A DNA stretch of 64,000 nt from Nitrososphaerales archaeon (GCA_965197925.1 CBDAOC010000020.1:992001-1056000); one strand, 5' to 3'. Counted from the first letter of the stretch, positions 42,723 to 53,415 are shown. Notes: generated by a model not told the origin, from the letters alone. Numbers and translations: made by a program.

Positions 42723-43806
42723 AAGGCTTGGGCGTAATTTAGTTCGAAACGATAAGATCAGGTTCTAGTTTTTATTGTTGATATGTTTAGCCCAGACTCG
42801 ATACTTCTTCGCATATTATTTTTGATTGGTGTGATTCGGTCAAAACCTAATAGGAAAAGTAGACCATTCTACTATTCTCCTACAGTAATGGTGAGACGCT
42901 TCATCGTTAGAGTATGGGTAAATACCAAGCAACAATGCTTTGCATGAATATTTTTCGATAGATATGCCATACAACAGGAAGGTAATGAGGGCATGTGGTT
43001 TGGATAGGTTGCCAGACAGAAGAACATTCGACAGAAGGTCAAGGCCGTATCAATTGACATAAGATCAAAGATAGGTGCTATGGGTATGCTCTTCATAAAA
43101 GATGGGTTGGTAGACCCAGCCATAGTATCCGTTGATAGTTCATTGTTGAAAGCAAAGGGACATGTATGGCACAAATCTAGCATGAAGAAGAATGAAGTGC
43201 CACGCTCGGGTATAGATACAGATGCTCGATGGGGATTCAGCAGAACCAAGGGATGGATATTCGGATACAAACTGCATCTAGCATGTAGCACAGGTTCGTT
43301 GATAGTTCCATTATCAGCTGATTTCACAACAGCTAACATTACTGATAACAAGATGTATGAAAGCATAACATCTTCATTGCCTACAGGAATGGCAAGGTAT
43401 GTTGTAGGAGATGAAGGATATGATGATCACAAGTTATGTGATTTCAGCAGGTATAGAGGGCATCCAGTATTCCCATTGGAAAGGTACAAGCATACTACAG
43501 ATAATAGACTGGCATTGCTGCAGTTCTATCAATCGGAATTTGGGCAGCATGTATATTCTCGGAGGAGCATAAGCGTTGAGCCATTGATAGAGCATATGAA
43601 GGATGTATTTACCATAGATCCATTGCCAGTTAGAGGATTTGATAAAGCTAGGAGCATCGTTCTGATTTCTATATTGCTATACCAGCTGATGGTATACTAT
43701 AACTACTTGACAGGAAGACCATTAAGGGCATTGAAGCACATGTTGGGAAGTTAATCAATCAGATGCATCAAGTTATTTTTGTTATATGGAATAATGCCCA
43801 TGCCTC
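42723..43806 (+). mobile_element. IS element copy 3 (defective, non-matching flanks)
   Basis: Near-identical to copies 1 and 2; left flank AAATAATT, right flank ACCTAGCT. Confidence 0.9.
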
Positions 43807-44143
43807 ACCTAGCTATCCAATTAAAAAGAGAAATTGGTTTGCAAGAAATATTTCTATTGCTGGAATGTATCATCTTACATCAAACTATGGTGAGTCTTAT
43901 GCAAGGCCATTGATTATTATAGCATTAGCATTGCTTGGTTCAACGTTTTTCTTCCTTTCTGTAGGTACTGAGCGGTCAATTGAGGCTACTATTATAAGAA
44001 GTGTCAATTCATTCATTCCGTTTTTTAACTTTCCTGATGATGCTAAGCTAATTGATTATATTCTTGGGATGATATTGTTACCAATTGGCGCAACATTGTT
44101 CATAGCCATGAGAAGAAAATTAGAACGGAGATTTAGACATTAG
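43807..44143 (+). pseudogene. C-terminal membrane fragment (pentapeptide-repeat protein tail-like) truncated by the IS
   Basis: SNYGESYARP...LFIAMRRKLERRFRH; the 5' part is replaced by the IS. Confidence 0.6.
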
Positions 44144-44182
44144 TAATAATAATTAGAAAGGATTTATTCAAATTTTCAAGAA

Positions 44183-44535
44183 TCACTTGTCTGAGGGAAT
44201 ATTAGGTTTCGGTTCGTTGAAATCTAAATCATTTAATCTTCCGTCAATGTACATCATCAACTCTCTTGTCTTTATCTCGATTATGCTAGACCACTGATGC
44301 TTTTTATTCTTATAGATAATCCTCATTCCAAGAAGTTTTCCAAGTTCGGTTAACAAAAGTTTTACAGCATTTGGTCTTAATCTAATGTTTCCTTCATTAG
44401 TTTCTGAGAAATCTTTTTTCTTTATCAATCTCCTTAATGCTATTTTGGTTACAGTGATATCAACTAACCATCTGAAGGGTTCCATCAAGTCATAAACCAA
44501 TGATGCCTTATTGTTGTAGTTTTCATATATTCCCT
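44183..44535 (-). pseudogene. cas1: C-terminal fragment of a solo/casposon-type Cas1
   Basis: KASLVYDLMEPFRWLVD Cas1 catalytic-region motif; N-terminal domain absent. Confidence 0.75.
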
Positions 44536-44569
44536 TGATGAGATCGTCAAACTCATCTTATTCTACGAG

Positions 44570-46069
44570 TCATACTTCCACATAGAGCACAAAAGTACCC
44601 TTTCCTGAAGCTATGACATGCAATCCTTGATCACCTGTAAGAACTATAGCATTATATTTTTGGGCAATATCTACCAACTGTTCGTCATTGGTTCTTGACT
44701 CATTGACAGATTCTTTCAAATAAGCGAGGCCGATTCTGCCTATTGATGCATCATCAGCAATTCTTTCAAGTTCTGCTTTCCCTCCTTGGTTATCACATTC
44801 TTTGGTTACTTCTGGATGCAAGAGGAAAGTAAAATTTTCAAAGAATGCTCCCTTATCAAGATCTTTAGAAATAGTGTCAGACAATATTACATTACTATCT
44901 GGAAGGAGATGTCCATTGTAGTACAGTAATGTTGTATTTAGATCTCTAATAATCTCATTACAGGATATGCATCTACCTTCCATAAAACCTACAATATTAG
45001 AAGTAACCCTTGCTGATTTTGCTATATTTCCACATGAAGGACACAATATACTTAATGTGGTTACTGACAGTTTACCTTCACGAAACAAGTTTTGCGAATC
45101 AGATGAAATCAGTTCATTTCTGATAGGTGGATCCTGCTTCTCAATTTTACCAGTATTACCATCTAACTCTCTCACGTTAGCGAAGGATTGTTTTACAAAC
45201 CAAGGCCATGGCTTGCCAGTCTTCTTCCATCTTGTCAACCACTTTATTGTCAAAGGGTCTCCGGCATTGCCGCTACCTACTGGACAATCTTCAAATGCAA
45301 CCCTTCTTCCAATGGCCTGAATAATCTTCTCTCTTTCTCCCTTGGCTATTATGCTAGCGAGCTTTGTTTCCAAATATCTGTCATCTGCTTTGCTTTGTAC
45401 GCGGATGGTTGCTCCTCTTTTTTGAAGTGTGTCCAGAAATAACGAAATGTTTCTTCCAACACCATAATCATCTAATACAATGCTACAATTCCCCTCTGGA
45501 ACTCTTCTTAGAAGATGTGAAATCATTCTCTGATAAACTAGATCCATGATCTTGTTAATGTTGAACCTATCAGTATGCCTTGGTAGAATCTTTTCTATGA
45601 TGAAAGATAGTCCTTTCAGTTTTAGATGATCTATTTCTAGATATAATTGATCCCAGTATTGTGCTTCTCTTTTTTTCTTGGTGTCTGTCACACTGATTAA
45701 ATTTTCTATTTCCTCTTTTAGGGATGCAGGAAATGCAACGCCAACTAACACGGAGTGCCCAATAAATTCCCCCTTACCCGTTTCATCTAACCCTATAAGA
45801 AATTCACTTTTTGTTGTTTGAAAACCTGAACCAATTAAATCAGAAATCTTATTCCTTACTGCTAAAACATATTCATCATTAGTAGGATTACTAAAAAGTG
45901 TTCCCGTAGAATACTGGGTAAACACAGCTTTATTGATCCTTATTCTCCAAACTTCTTTTGATGTTTCAGAAATTGACGAATCCTCGATACCACAATTTGT
46001 TATTAGTAATTTTTTAACTTCTTCTAATTTATTATCAGGAATATTCCATTTTCTTGGTTTTGGCTGCAT
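44570..46069 (-). CDS. RNase HII/HIII-like nuclease fused to a Zn ribbon and a PIN domain
   Basis: IGLDETGKGE, DTKK, VLDDY, KADD..LASIIAK, GSGN.GDP; CPSC...CISC; LPDSNVI...ND..LV...VLTGDQGL. Confidence 0.8.
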   Translation of the reverse strand: MQPKPRKWNIPDNKLEEVKKLLITNCGIEDSSISETSKEVWRIRINKAVFTQYSTGTLFSNPTNDEYVLAVRNKISDLIGSGFQTTKSEFLIGLDETGKGEFIGHSVLVGVAFPASLKEEIENLISVTDTKKKREAQYWDQLYLEIDHLKLKGLSFIIEKILPRHTDRFNINKIMDLVYQRMISHLLRRVPEGNCSIVLDDYGVGRNISLFLDTLQKRGATIRVQSKADDRYLETKLASIIAKGEREKIIQAIGRRVAFEDCPVGSGNAGDPLTIKWLTRWKKTGKPWPWFVKQSFANVRELDGNTGKIEKQDPPIRNELISSDSQNLFREGKLSVTTLSILCPSCGNIAKSARVTSNIVGFMEGRCISCNEIIRDLNTTLLYYNGHLLPDSNVILSDTISKDLDKGAFFENFTFLLHPEVTKECDNQGGKAELERIADDASIGRIGLAYLKESVNESRTNDEQLVDIAQKYNAIVLTGDQGLHVIASGKGTFVLYVEV

Positions 46070-46491
46070 GAGAACAATATATTAATTTCATCTTTAAGTC
46101 TTTCAAAGATAACAAATAATGTTCATTTGTTTTCTATACATTTTATGAAAATCCACAATGGTTCTAAATTCTTGATTTTGCAATAGCTTTGTTATGATAT
46201 GCGCTGGGTAACCATGGATTATACATTCATTAGTAATCGAACTCAGGTAAAGATTAGATTGCCAATCAATGGGGAACATCATCCAAGTATTATCTTCAAC
46301 CAAAATCAACATTTGATTGATGGTATATGCTACAAAGTTGTTACTGCCAGGAAAGAATGTTCTCAAAACTACCAAATAATCCATTGATCTTAAGTGGTAA
46401 GAATAATGTAATTACCTTTGAAATTAAAACCTGCGTTTTATAACCTAAAATCATTTAAATATTCAGTCAAACATAAGTTGGCAGAATTCAA

Positions 46492-47362
46492 ATGACGAAT
46501 GAGGTCAATGTAAGTAGAATCGAAGAAATTTTAAATGTTAAAGCAGAAGTCTTCTCAGAAGAGGGCGTTGTCAAGGCAAGCTTCCCGCGTACAGACGTAA
46601 AGGTGACTATTGATAACTGGCCCATGAAACCTTTTATGGGTCTTGCTTCATGGGCTGCCTTTCAGAAAGGTGTGAAAGAAGGTATTGAAGTTATGGTCAT
46701 GAGTGACCTAGTGCTCTTTGAAGATAAAGTGAATTCTGTTATGAGTGCAGCTCTGGAAACTTTGCAAGTGACCGCTTTACACAACCATTTCTTCTTTGAC
46801 AATCCTAAAGTGTATTTCATGCACATTAGTGGTGAAAGTGAGCTCGATGCTTTTGCTTCAGGTATTAGAAAGGCCCCTGGATACTGTTAATGCAATCAGG
46901 ACAACTAACACCCAGCCACAAACATCATTCAAAGGACAACAGATCCCTATTGATAATGATATTGATGGCACAACTATTGAAACAATCCTCAGTGTTGGAG
47001 GTACGGCTAAAGATGGAATGTTCAAGGTTGTTATTGGACGCAAGACAAGTGCTTCATGTGGTTGTCTGGTGGGCAAAAATATGGGAGTAAATACTTGGGC
47101 CGCTTTTGCAGGTAACAATGACAACGCATTTGTAGATGGTGATTTTGCAGTCTTGGAAGGTGAACTGCAACCAGTACTCAAAGCTCTAAGAGCAGTTAGT
47201 ATTAACATAGTTGCGATTCATAATCATATGACTTTTGAGCAGCCACGCATTATCTTTCTACATTACTGGGGCAAGGGCAAAGCAACTGATTTAGCTAAAG
47301 GTTTGAAGAGTGCTTTGGACAAAACTCACGATCCTGATCTATTAACAATGAAGTCTCTATGA
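46492..47362 (+). pseudogene. Tandem DUF1259 (LppY/LpqO-like) protein with a +1 frameshift near 46875
   Basis: WAAF, ALHNH...YFMH and AIHNH...FLHYWG motifs; extra C in GCCCC. Confidence 0.8.
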
Positions 47363-47474
47363 TCTTAGTAGTTTCCATTGAGCAGTATCCATACTACCAG
47401 TTACTCACTTGAGAAAAATAACAACTACACATGATAAAGGGTGAGCGGTAAAATTGCGATTCTAATTTTATGAG

Positions 47475-49133
47475 CTATCGGACAAGTGGTGTAACAGAAC
47501 CCTTTACACTCATATCGGTATCCATACCAATAACCTCCCAGTCAACAACTGGCTTCGCCGAATCTACTTTGAGTAAGAAGTACTGCTTGTCATCAGGCTG
47601 TAAAGGATGTTTGGAACCTGAAAATGTCACGGTGTTAAGGTCTCCCTCCTTCTCCCATTTATTGAATGCCTTGGCTGCCTTGATTGAATCTCCAATAGTC
47701 AAGGTAAAAGCATCAATACTTACAGCGCTATCGCCTACATTTGTCAATCTTACGATTATTAGATCTTTGATTTGTTTGGCGTGCACTCTCACTTTTAATG
47801 GATCTGGCACCAATTTATTGGCGAGAATCTCGCTGGCCAAGCTCCGCCCTGCCTCCTGTCCTTCTTGATTGCTGAATTCGAAGTGGATGCCAGCAAAGAT
47901 TCTGGCTCGTCCGGCTTCCTGAGCGGCATCGGAGAAGCTCTCAAAGGTTCGCGGACCGGCAATCGCATCATCTGCCTCGAAGGTAAAGCTCATGTCGTCC
48001 CAGCCAAAGAAGCCAGCAAGGATGGTCGAGCCAGCCCCAGCTAAGACGCTCTGTCCGGCGACGTGTTCTGGTGAGCCACCCTTGCTACCATTACGCGGCT
48101 CCCAGTTCGGGTCCTTCTCAGTATCCGGATTACCATCAGTGTCGGCGTTGCGGATAGCCGTCTGCGGCCGCCAGAAGAAGTAGACAAGCTTGTCATCTGA
48201 ATAAACCCTCACCGAATCGGCCATGGCCATGCCCAACAACGCGAAGAGTCGTGCGCTTTCCGACAAGGAGAGGTCCTGTTGGTCCGCAACTAGGATGGCG
48301 ATCTTGATCCACTCGCCTGGTGATCTGGAGCTACCTGAGCCACCCTTCCAGAACCGAAAGATCTCTTCCTTTTCCTGGTCCGGTATTGCTAGGTTACCCA
48401 GTTCCTTCACTTCGTTGAATGCATTAGTATACTCCTCGCTATCCAATGGCGGTGGACCCGCACTTCGGTAAATGAGTGGGTCAGCTATAGCGAACGGTCG
48501 CATGTTAGCATTATGTGCCGAGGTGAAATCGCTTTGGAATTCACCTGCCTCGGAGCGTGCTGATTCTACCATTTTCGGCGATGTTCCATCGTCGGCCCGC
48601 AGTTCCACGACTTGCTGTCCGACATTTGCGCCCCATGATAGGCCGGCCTCCACATCATCCTTGTCATCATCACCAATGGCATCCAGGTCAGCAGCCATCT
48701 GCGCGTCGTAGATGTCCTCGCGGTCGGCCTGCTCAGCAGAGAGCACTACGTGAGCAGCGGCTATCGCCGCAGCGCGCCGATCAGCTTCGTTTGGTGCGTC
48801 ATCTGGGCTGACGAGGGCAAAGTCAAGTGTGGAGCTGCCATCAGCCCTAGCTATACCGTTGATCGCGTCATACATAGCAATGTTGACCTTGGCATAAAGA
48901 CGGGCAGCCGTCGAGGAGCCGAGCTCCTTTTCACGCACGGTGTCCAAGGCTAATTCGTTCCACGTTATGATTACGTTCTCCGGCTGCATCTCGGCGAATG
49001 CTTTTGAATTACTCACAATCTGTTCATAGTCTACCTGCCTTGACAATGATGACAAGCCCAGCGTACCTACGAGGAGAATAGCTGCAATTGAACCAACTGC
49101 AATTAGCTTCCAGTTATTGTAATTATACATCAT
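47475..49133 (-). CDS. Vanadium-dependent haloperoxidase-like protein (PAP2 superfamily)
   Basis: AMYDAIN, K....FWRP.TAIR, PEHVAGQS and RIFAGIHF motifs; core visibly GC-rich. Confidence 0.8.
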   Translation of the reverse strand: MMYNYNNWKLIAVGSIAAILLVGTLGLSSLSRQVDYEQIVSNSKAFAEMQPENVIITWNELALDTVREKELGSSTAARLYAKVNIAMYDAINGIARADGSSTLDFALVSPDDAPNEADRRAAAIAAAHVVLSAEQADREDIYDAQMAADLDAIGDDDKDDVEAGLSWGANVGQQVVELRADDGTSPKMVESARSEAGEFQSDFTSAHNANMRPFAIADPLIYRSAGPPPLDSEEYTNAFNEVKELGNLAIPDQEKEEIFRFWKGGSGSSRSPGEWIKIAILVADQQDLSLSESARLFALLGMAMADSVRVYSDDKLVYFFWRPQTAIRNADTDGNPDTEKDPNWEPRNGSKGGSPEHVAGQSVLAGAGSTILAGFFGWDDMSFTFEADDAIAGPRTFESFSDAAQEAGRARIFAGIHFEFSNQEGQEAGRSLASEILANKLVPDPLKVRVHAKQIKDLIIVRLTNVGDSAVSIDAFTLTIGDSIKAAKAFNKWEKEGDLNTVTFSGSKHPLQPDDKQYFLLKVDSAKPVVDWEVIGMDTDMSVKGSVTPLVR

Positions 49134-49258
49134 ATCATCTCTTCTGGGATGTTGTACTAAAGGATTTCTAAACTTCCTTATGCATCTTCCACCTGTTAAT
49201 CCAAAGTAGATTTTCTTTCCTTACAAATTATAAATAACTGTGGCTTACGTAATTAGTT

Positions 49259-50282
49259 GAGGCTTGGGCGTAATTTAGTTCGAAACGATAAGATCAGGTT
49301 CTAGTTTTTATTGTTGATATGTTTAGCTCAGACTCGATACTCCTTCGTATATTATTTTTGATTGACGTGATTCTAGTCAAAACCTAATAGGAAAAGAGGT
49401 AGACCATTCTACTATTCTCCTACAGTTATGGTAGATGCTTCATCGTTAGAGTATGGGTAAGAATACCAAGCAACAATGCTTTGCATGACCAGACAGAAGG
49501 ACGTTTGATAGAAGGTTCAAGGCCATATCAATTGACATAAGATCAAGGATAGATGTTATGGGCGTGCTCTTCATAAAAGATGGGTTGGTAGACCCAGCCA
49601 TAGTATCCGTTGACAGTTCATTGTTGAAAGCAAAGGGACATGTATGGCACAAATCAAACATGAAGAAGAATGAAGTGCCACGCTCGGGTATAGATACAGA
49701 TGCTCGATGGGGATTCAGCAGAACCAAGGGATGGGTATTCGGATACAAGATGCATCTAGCATGTAGTACAGGCTCATTAATAATACCATTGTCTGCCGAC
49801 CTAACTACAGCAAATATTTCTGATAATAACATGTATGAGAGTATAACAGCATCATTATCAGAAGATGTTAGATACATTGTGGGAGATGAAGGATATGATG
49901 ATCATGAGTTATGTGATTTCAGCAGGTATAGAGGGCATCTACTAGTATTCCCATTGGAAAGGTATAGGCATACTACAGATAATAATAGACTGGCATTGCT
50001 GCAGTTCTATCAATCGGAATTTGGACAGCATGTATATTTGCAAAGAAGCATAAGCATTGAACCTTTGATAGAGCAGATAAGGACGTATTTGCTATAGATC
50101 CATTACCAGTTAGAGGATTCAATAAGGTAAGGAGTATTGTATTGTTATCTGTATTATTGTATCAGGTAATAGTATTACAATCATCTAGCAGGAAGGCCAT
50201 TAAGGGCATTGAAGCACATGCTTGGAAATTAATCAATCAGATACATCAAGTTATTTTTGTTATTGAATTATGGCCATACTTC
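49259..50282 (+). mobile_element. IS element copy 4 (more diverged, internal deletion)
   Basis: Same ends; flanks AATTAGTT / ATTTAATT; lacks the frameshift shared by copies 1-3. Confidence 0.85.
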
Positions 50283-50344
50283 ATTTAATTTAATATGTAT
50301 TACGATCCTTGTGTTTAAACCAAGCCCACACCCAAACCCTGTAT

Positions 50345-50374
50345 GGTGGAGGGGCACACTTTTGCCTCTCCACC
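50345..50374. other. GC-rich hairpin downstream of the sulfite-oxidase-family gene
   Basis: GGTGGAGGGGC / GCCTCTCCACC stem. Confidence 0.45.
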
Positions 50375-50398
50375 TTAATGTCTACGTTCTATCTTAAT

Positions 50399-52066
50399 TC
50401 AGCCCTTGCTCCCCCATGTTGGTGCTTCCACCATCACAGCGGCTCTGTGATAGCCTGTGGAGCCGCTTGGAAATGGCTTTCGTAGTTCAGCTGTCTGGAC
50501 TTTTCCAGTCTTGTCAGTTGCTCTAACAACAATCTCGTATCTGCCTTCTGCTACCGGATCCCAGTCAATAGCCCAAAGAACCCACGAATTGTTTGAAAGA
50601 GGATCTTTTAATCTGGCTGTTTCCCAACTCCCTCCACCATCCGTGCTAACCTCGACCCCCGATATTCCCCTAGCACCAGCGAAAGCTATACCTGCTATTT
50701 GCACTTTACCTCCATGAACAACTCTTGAGGATAGTTCACCGAATATGTTTGTGAGCGCTTGTCCAGGAAGAACTATTGTAGAATGAGTCTGATATTCAGC
50801 GTTGTTATCCCAATCTCTTCTTTGCCAGTAGCCTTCATAGACCTTGTCAACCAGCTCTATCTCTGTTATCCATTTTGCATTCATCATTCCGTAGAGTCCA
50901 GGGACAATCGCCCTTAGCGGAAAACCATGACTTGCCGACAGAGTAACACCATTCATTTCATACGCCAATATGGTTCCTTCCAAAATACCTAGTTCAAGAG
51001 GAATTCCTACATCATAACCATCATAACACCTGAAGACAATGTAGATTGCTTCAGATCTAACATCAGCCTTCTCGAGTATGCTTTTCATAGGAACGCCTTT
51101 CCATAGGGCTGTACTGATCAAATCCCCCCCTTTCTTGTTGCTAATGCATTCTAAAGTAGCATATTCTTCTACCGCAGGGATCAACTTCAACTCTTCATAC
51201 GTGAGTTCAAAGGGATTGTTTACCAGCCCATTTACCTTTAGCTTCCAAGTATCCGTATCAACTTTGGGAGTTACGACGCTAATATCTACCTGATAGAATC
51301 GATTATTGGGGGTTACTTCTGCAGCAACAAATGAAGCAAGACTAGGTTCTGCAAATATACCTGCAATATCGGAAGGATATTTTGTGGGCTCTGTAACTCC
51401 TTGATCTAATGATTTTGTTTGGTTTGTAGTTACATTTGATGGATCTGTAGGTTTAGAGAATAAAGAGTTTAGTCCAAAAAAAATTACCAGTGATGCAATC
51501 GAGCCCGTAACTGCGGTACGAAGGAACCACCTCTTCTTAATGTCAATGCTCCTCTCCTGAGGAGAGCTCTTTTGCTCGATAAGCTCTGGTCTAGCAACAT
51601 ATCTTTGGAACATCTCGTATAAAATGAAACCAAAGGCAATGTGAGGTGGAATGAGATACAAAGATATGAGTTGAATTGGTATGGGCTGGGATAGAATCTC
51701 TGTTACTTCCAAGAGGATTAATGCTAATACGAACAGAATAAAATAAGATAAGAGCACAAGTTGTAAAACATTAAAAAGGTATACCTTTTGAGCTAGTTTC
51801 CTGTACGGTCTATGCAGTAAGACCCCAAGAACGCCGTACAGAAAAAGATTGATAGCAATCGCCCCAGCAAATGCTGAGTATTTAGCTAAAGATCCAAATG
51901 TCTCTACGGCTTGAGACTCAATTGCTCCTGGAGTTAGAGAGAATAGTGTCTGCGCTGCAAGCTCAGGAATGAATAATCCACCAGCGAAGATTCTCAGAAA
52001 AAAAGAGAGTGCAAGAGCTACGCCACCTCCAGCAAGTCCGATAGTAAAACACTTTGTTGTCTCCAT
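50399..52066 (-). CDS. Membrane-bound sulfite oxidase family molybdoenzyme
   Basis: N-terminal TMs; Tat-like KKRWFLR; TLECISN, HGFPLR, PGLYGMMNAKW; C-terminal dimerisation domain. Confidence 0.9.
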   Translation of the reverse strand: METTKCFTIGLAGGGVALALSFFLRIFAGGLFIPELAAQTLFSLTPGAIESQAVETFGSLAKYSAFAGAIAINLFLYGVLGVLLHRPYRKLAQKVYLFNVLQLVLLSYFILFVLALILLEVTEILSQPIPIQLISLYLIPPHIAFGFILYEMFQRYVARPELIEQKSSPQERSIDIKKRWFLRTAVTGSIASLVIFFGLNSLFSKPTDPSNVTTNQTKSLDQGVTEPTKYPSDIAGIFAEPSLASFVAAEVTPNNRFYQVDISVVTPKVDTDTWKLKVNGLVNNPFELTYEELKLIPAVEEYATLECISNKKGGDLISTALWKGVPMKSILEKADVRSEAIYIVFRCYDGYDVGIPLELGILEGTILAYEMNGVTLSASHGFPLRAIVPGLYGMMNAKWITEIELVDKVYEGYWQRRDWDNNAEYQTHSTIVLPGQALTNIFGELSSRVVHGGKVQIAGIAFAGARGISGVEVSTDGGGSWETARLKDPLSNNSWVLWAIDWDPVAEGRYEIVVRATDKTGKVQTAELRKPFPSGSTGYHRAAVMVEAPTWGSKG

Positions 52067-52488
52067 TATTTTTCCACATCATAACAAGTTCGATCTAACG
52101 GCGTTACCATTTTTCTGATCATTAGATTACATCTTCCATTGAATAGGGTATTGTTACTTTATAAATTGCTTTATCCAAATCCTTCGTATCTAACTCTCGA
52201 ATTTTTTTGTTCACGATATGAATAATTTTTTAATAATATTAGCTTGTGCTTGTGTACTTGACAGCTTTTCAGGAACAAGTAAGCTATAAGATCTTAGTAA
52301 GGTCTTAGTACAGTCTAAGAAAAGCAAAGTACACCTTCTTTCATTTCATTTTTGCTGACACATGATGAAAGTCTTATTCCAGCAAGAACAAGGATTACTA
52401 TGTAGCTGCTTCCGCCTCCGAAACCCACGCTAGAGTAAACGAAGCTTATCCCAAAGAATGGGGATATGTACAAATATGATTTCACTAA

Positions 52489-53415
52489 CTAATGCCCGTG
52501 CCCTTTCAGCATTTTGTAGATATGCAGTATTCCTGGAAAGAGGGCATCCAGTGATTCGGAAACCGCCTTTACACTTCCTGGCAGGTTCACTATAACGGTA
52601 TTTCCCCTGACTCCTGCCACCCCTCTTGATAGCATTGATAACGGTGTCCTTCTTTGACCGTGTGCCCTTAGGACTTCAGCTACACCCTTTACATCCTTTT
52701 CCAGTACTTTCGTTGTCGCCTCCGGAGTTACGTCGCGGGGACCTACCCCTGTCCCCCCACTTGTTAACACAAGATCAACATTGAGCTCGTCACAGAATCT
52801 CTTGAGGTTAGATTCTATATGATTCGCATCGTCAGATATGATTTTATGCTCCACAACATTGAATCCGTTCTTAGTAAGCTTTTCAACTGCAAGCTTTCCA
52901 GATTCATCACTTCTCTCATATCTGGATGTGGAATCACTTATCACAAGAACCGCTACCCTGAGGTTTCTGTCATATTTTTCGTAGAATCCTTTCATACCAC
53001 CATGCTTTTCCTGCAGTTTAACTGATTCTATGGTTAAGGTATCGTCGATAGGCTTCAGCATATCGTATATCGTCAGGGCGGCTATGCAAGCAGCCGTCAG
53101 GGATTCCATCTCCACGCCAGTTTTCCAAACAGTTTTCACATTCACTTTGACTTCGATGGTCTCTTCGTTCAGTGAAACATCGACCTTGACATGATCAATC
53201 GGTATAGGATGACAGTACGGTATTAACTCCCAAGTTCGCTTAGCAGCCATTGTTGCAGCCAGTCTTGCCGCATCAATTATGTTACCCTTGGGTGATTTTC
53301 CTTCGTTTAAAAGGCGAATAGTCTCTGGACTGACTCTTACTATGGCATTCGCAACCGCCTGCCTTTGTGTATCTGGCTTATCACCAACATCGAACATGCC
53401 CAAATTACTCACCAT
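52489..53415 (-). CDS. moaCB: Bifunctional MoaC-MoaB/MogA
   Basis: LIPYCHP and TGVEME (MoaC); TSGGTG..PRDVTPEA and NLPGS (MoaB/MogA). Confidence 0.92.
   Translation of the reverse strand: MVSNLGMFDVGDKPDTQRQAVANAIVRVSPETIRLLNEGKSPKGNIIDAARLAATMAAKRTWELIPYCHPIPIDHVKVDVSLNEETIEVKVNVKTVWKTGVEMESLTAACIAALTIYDMLKPIDDTLTIESVKLQEKHGGMKGFYEKYDRNLRVAVLVISDSTSRYERSDESGKLAVEKLTKNGFNVVEHKIISDDANHIESNLKRFCDELNVDLVLTSGGTGVGPRDVTPEATTKVLEKDVKGVAEVLRAHGQRRTPLSMLSRGVAGVRGNTVIVNLPGSVKAVSESLDALFPGILHIYKMLKGHGH

Noticed and set aside
46103..46387. Short ORFs upstream of the RNase H-PIN gene as an antitoxin
   Set aside because: Overlapping opposite-strand ORFs with no recognisable motif; cannot be supported
52330..52470. 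Possible IS200/IS605 right end or omega-RNA relic
   Set aside because: Only a vague resemblance and no tnpB coding remnant recognisable
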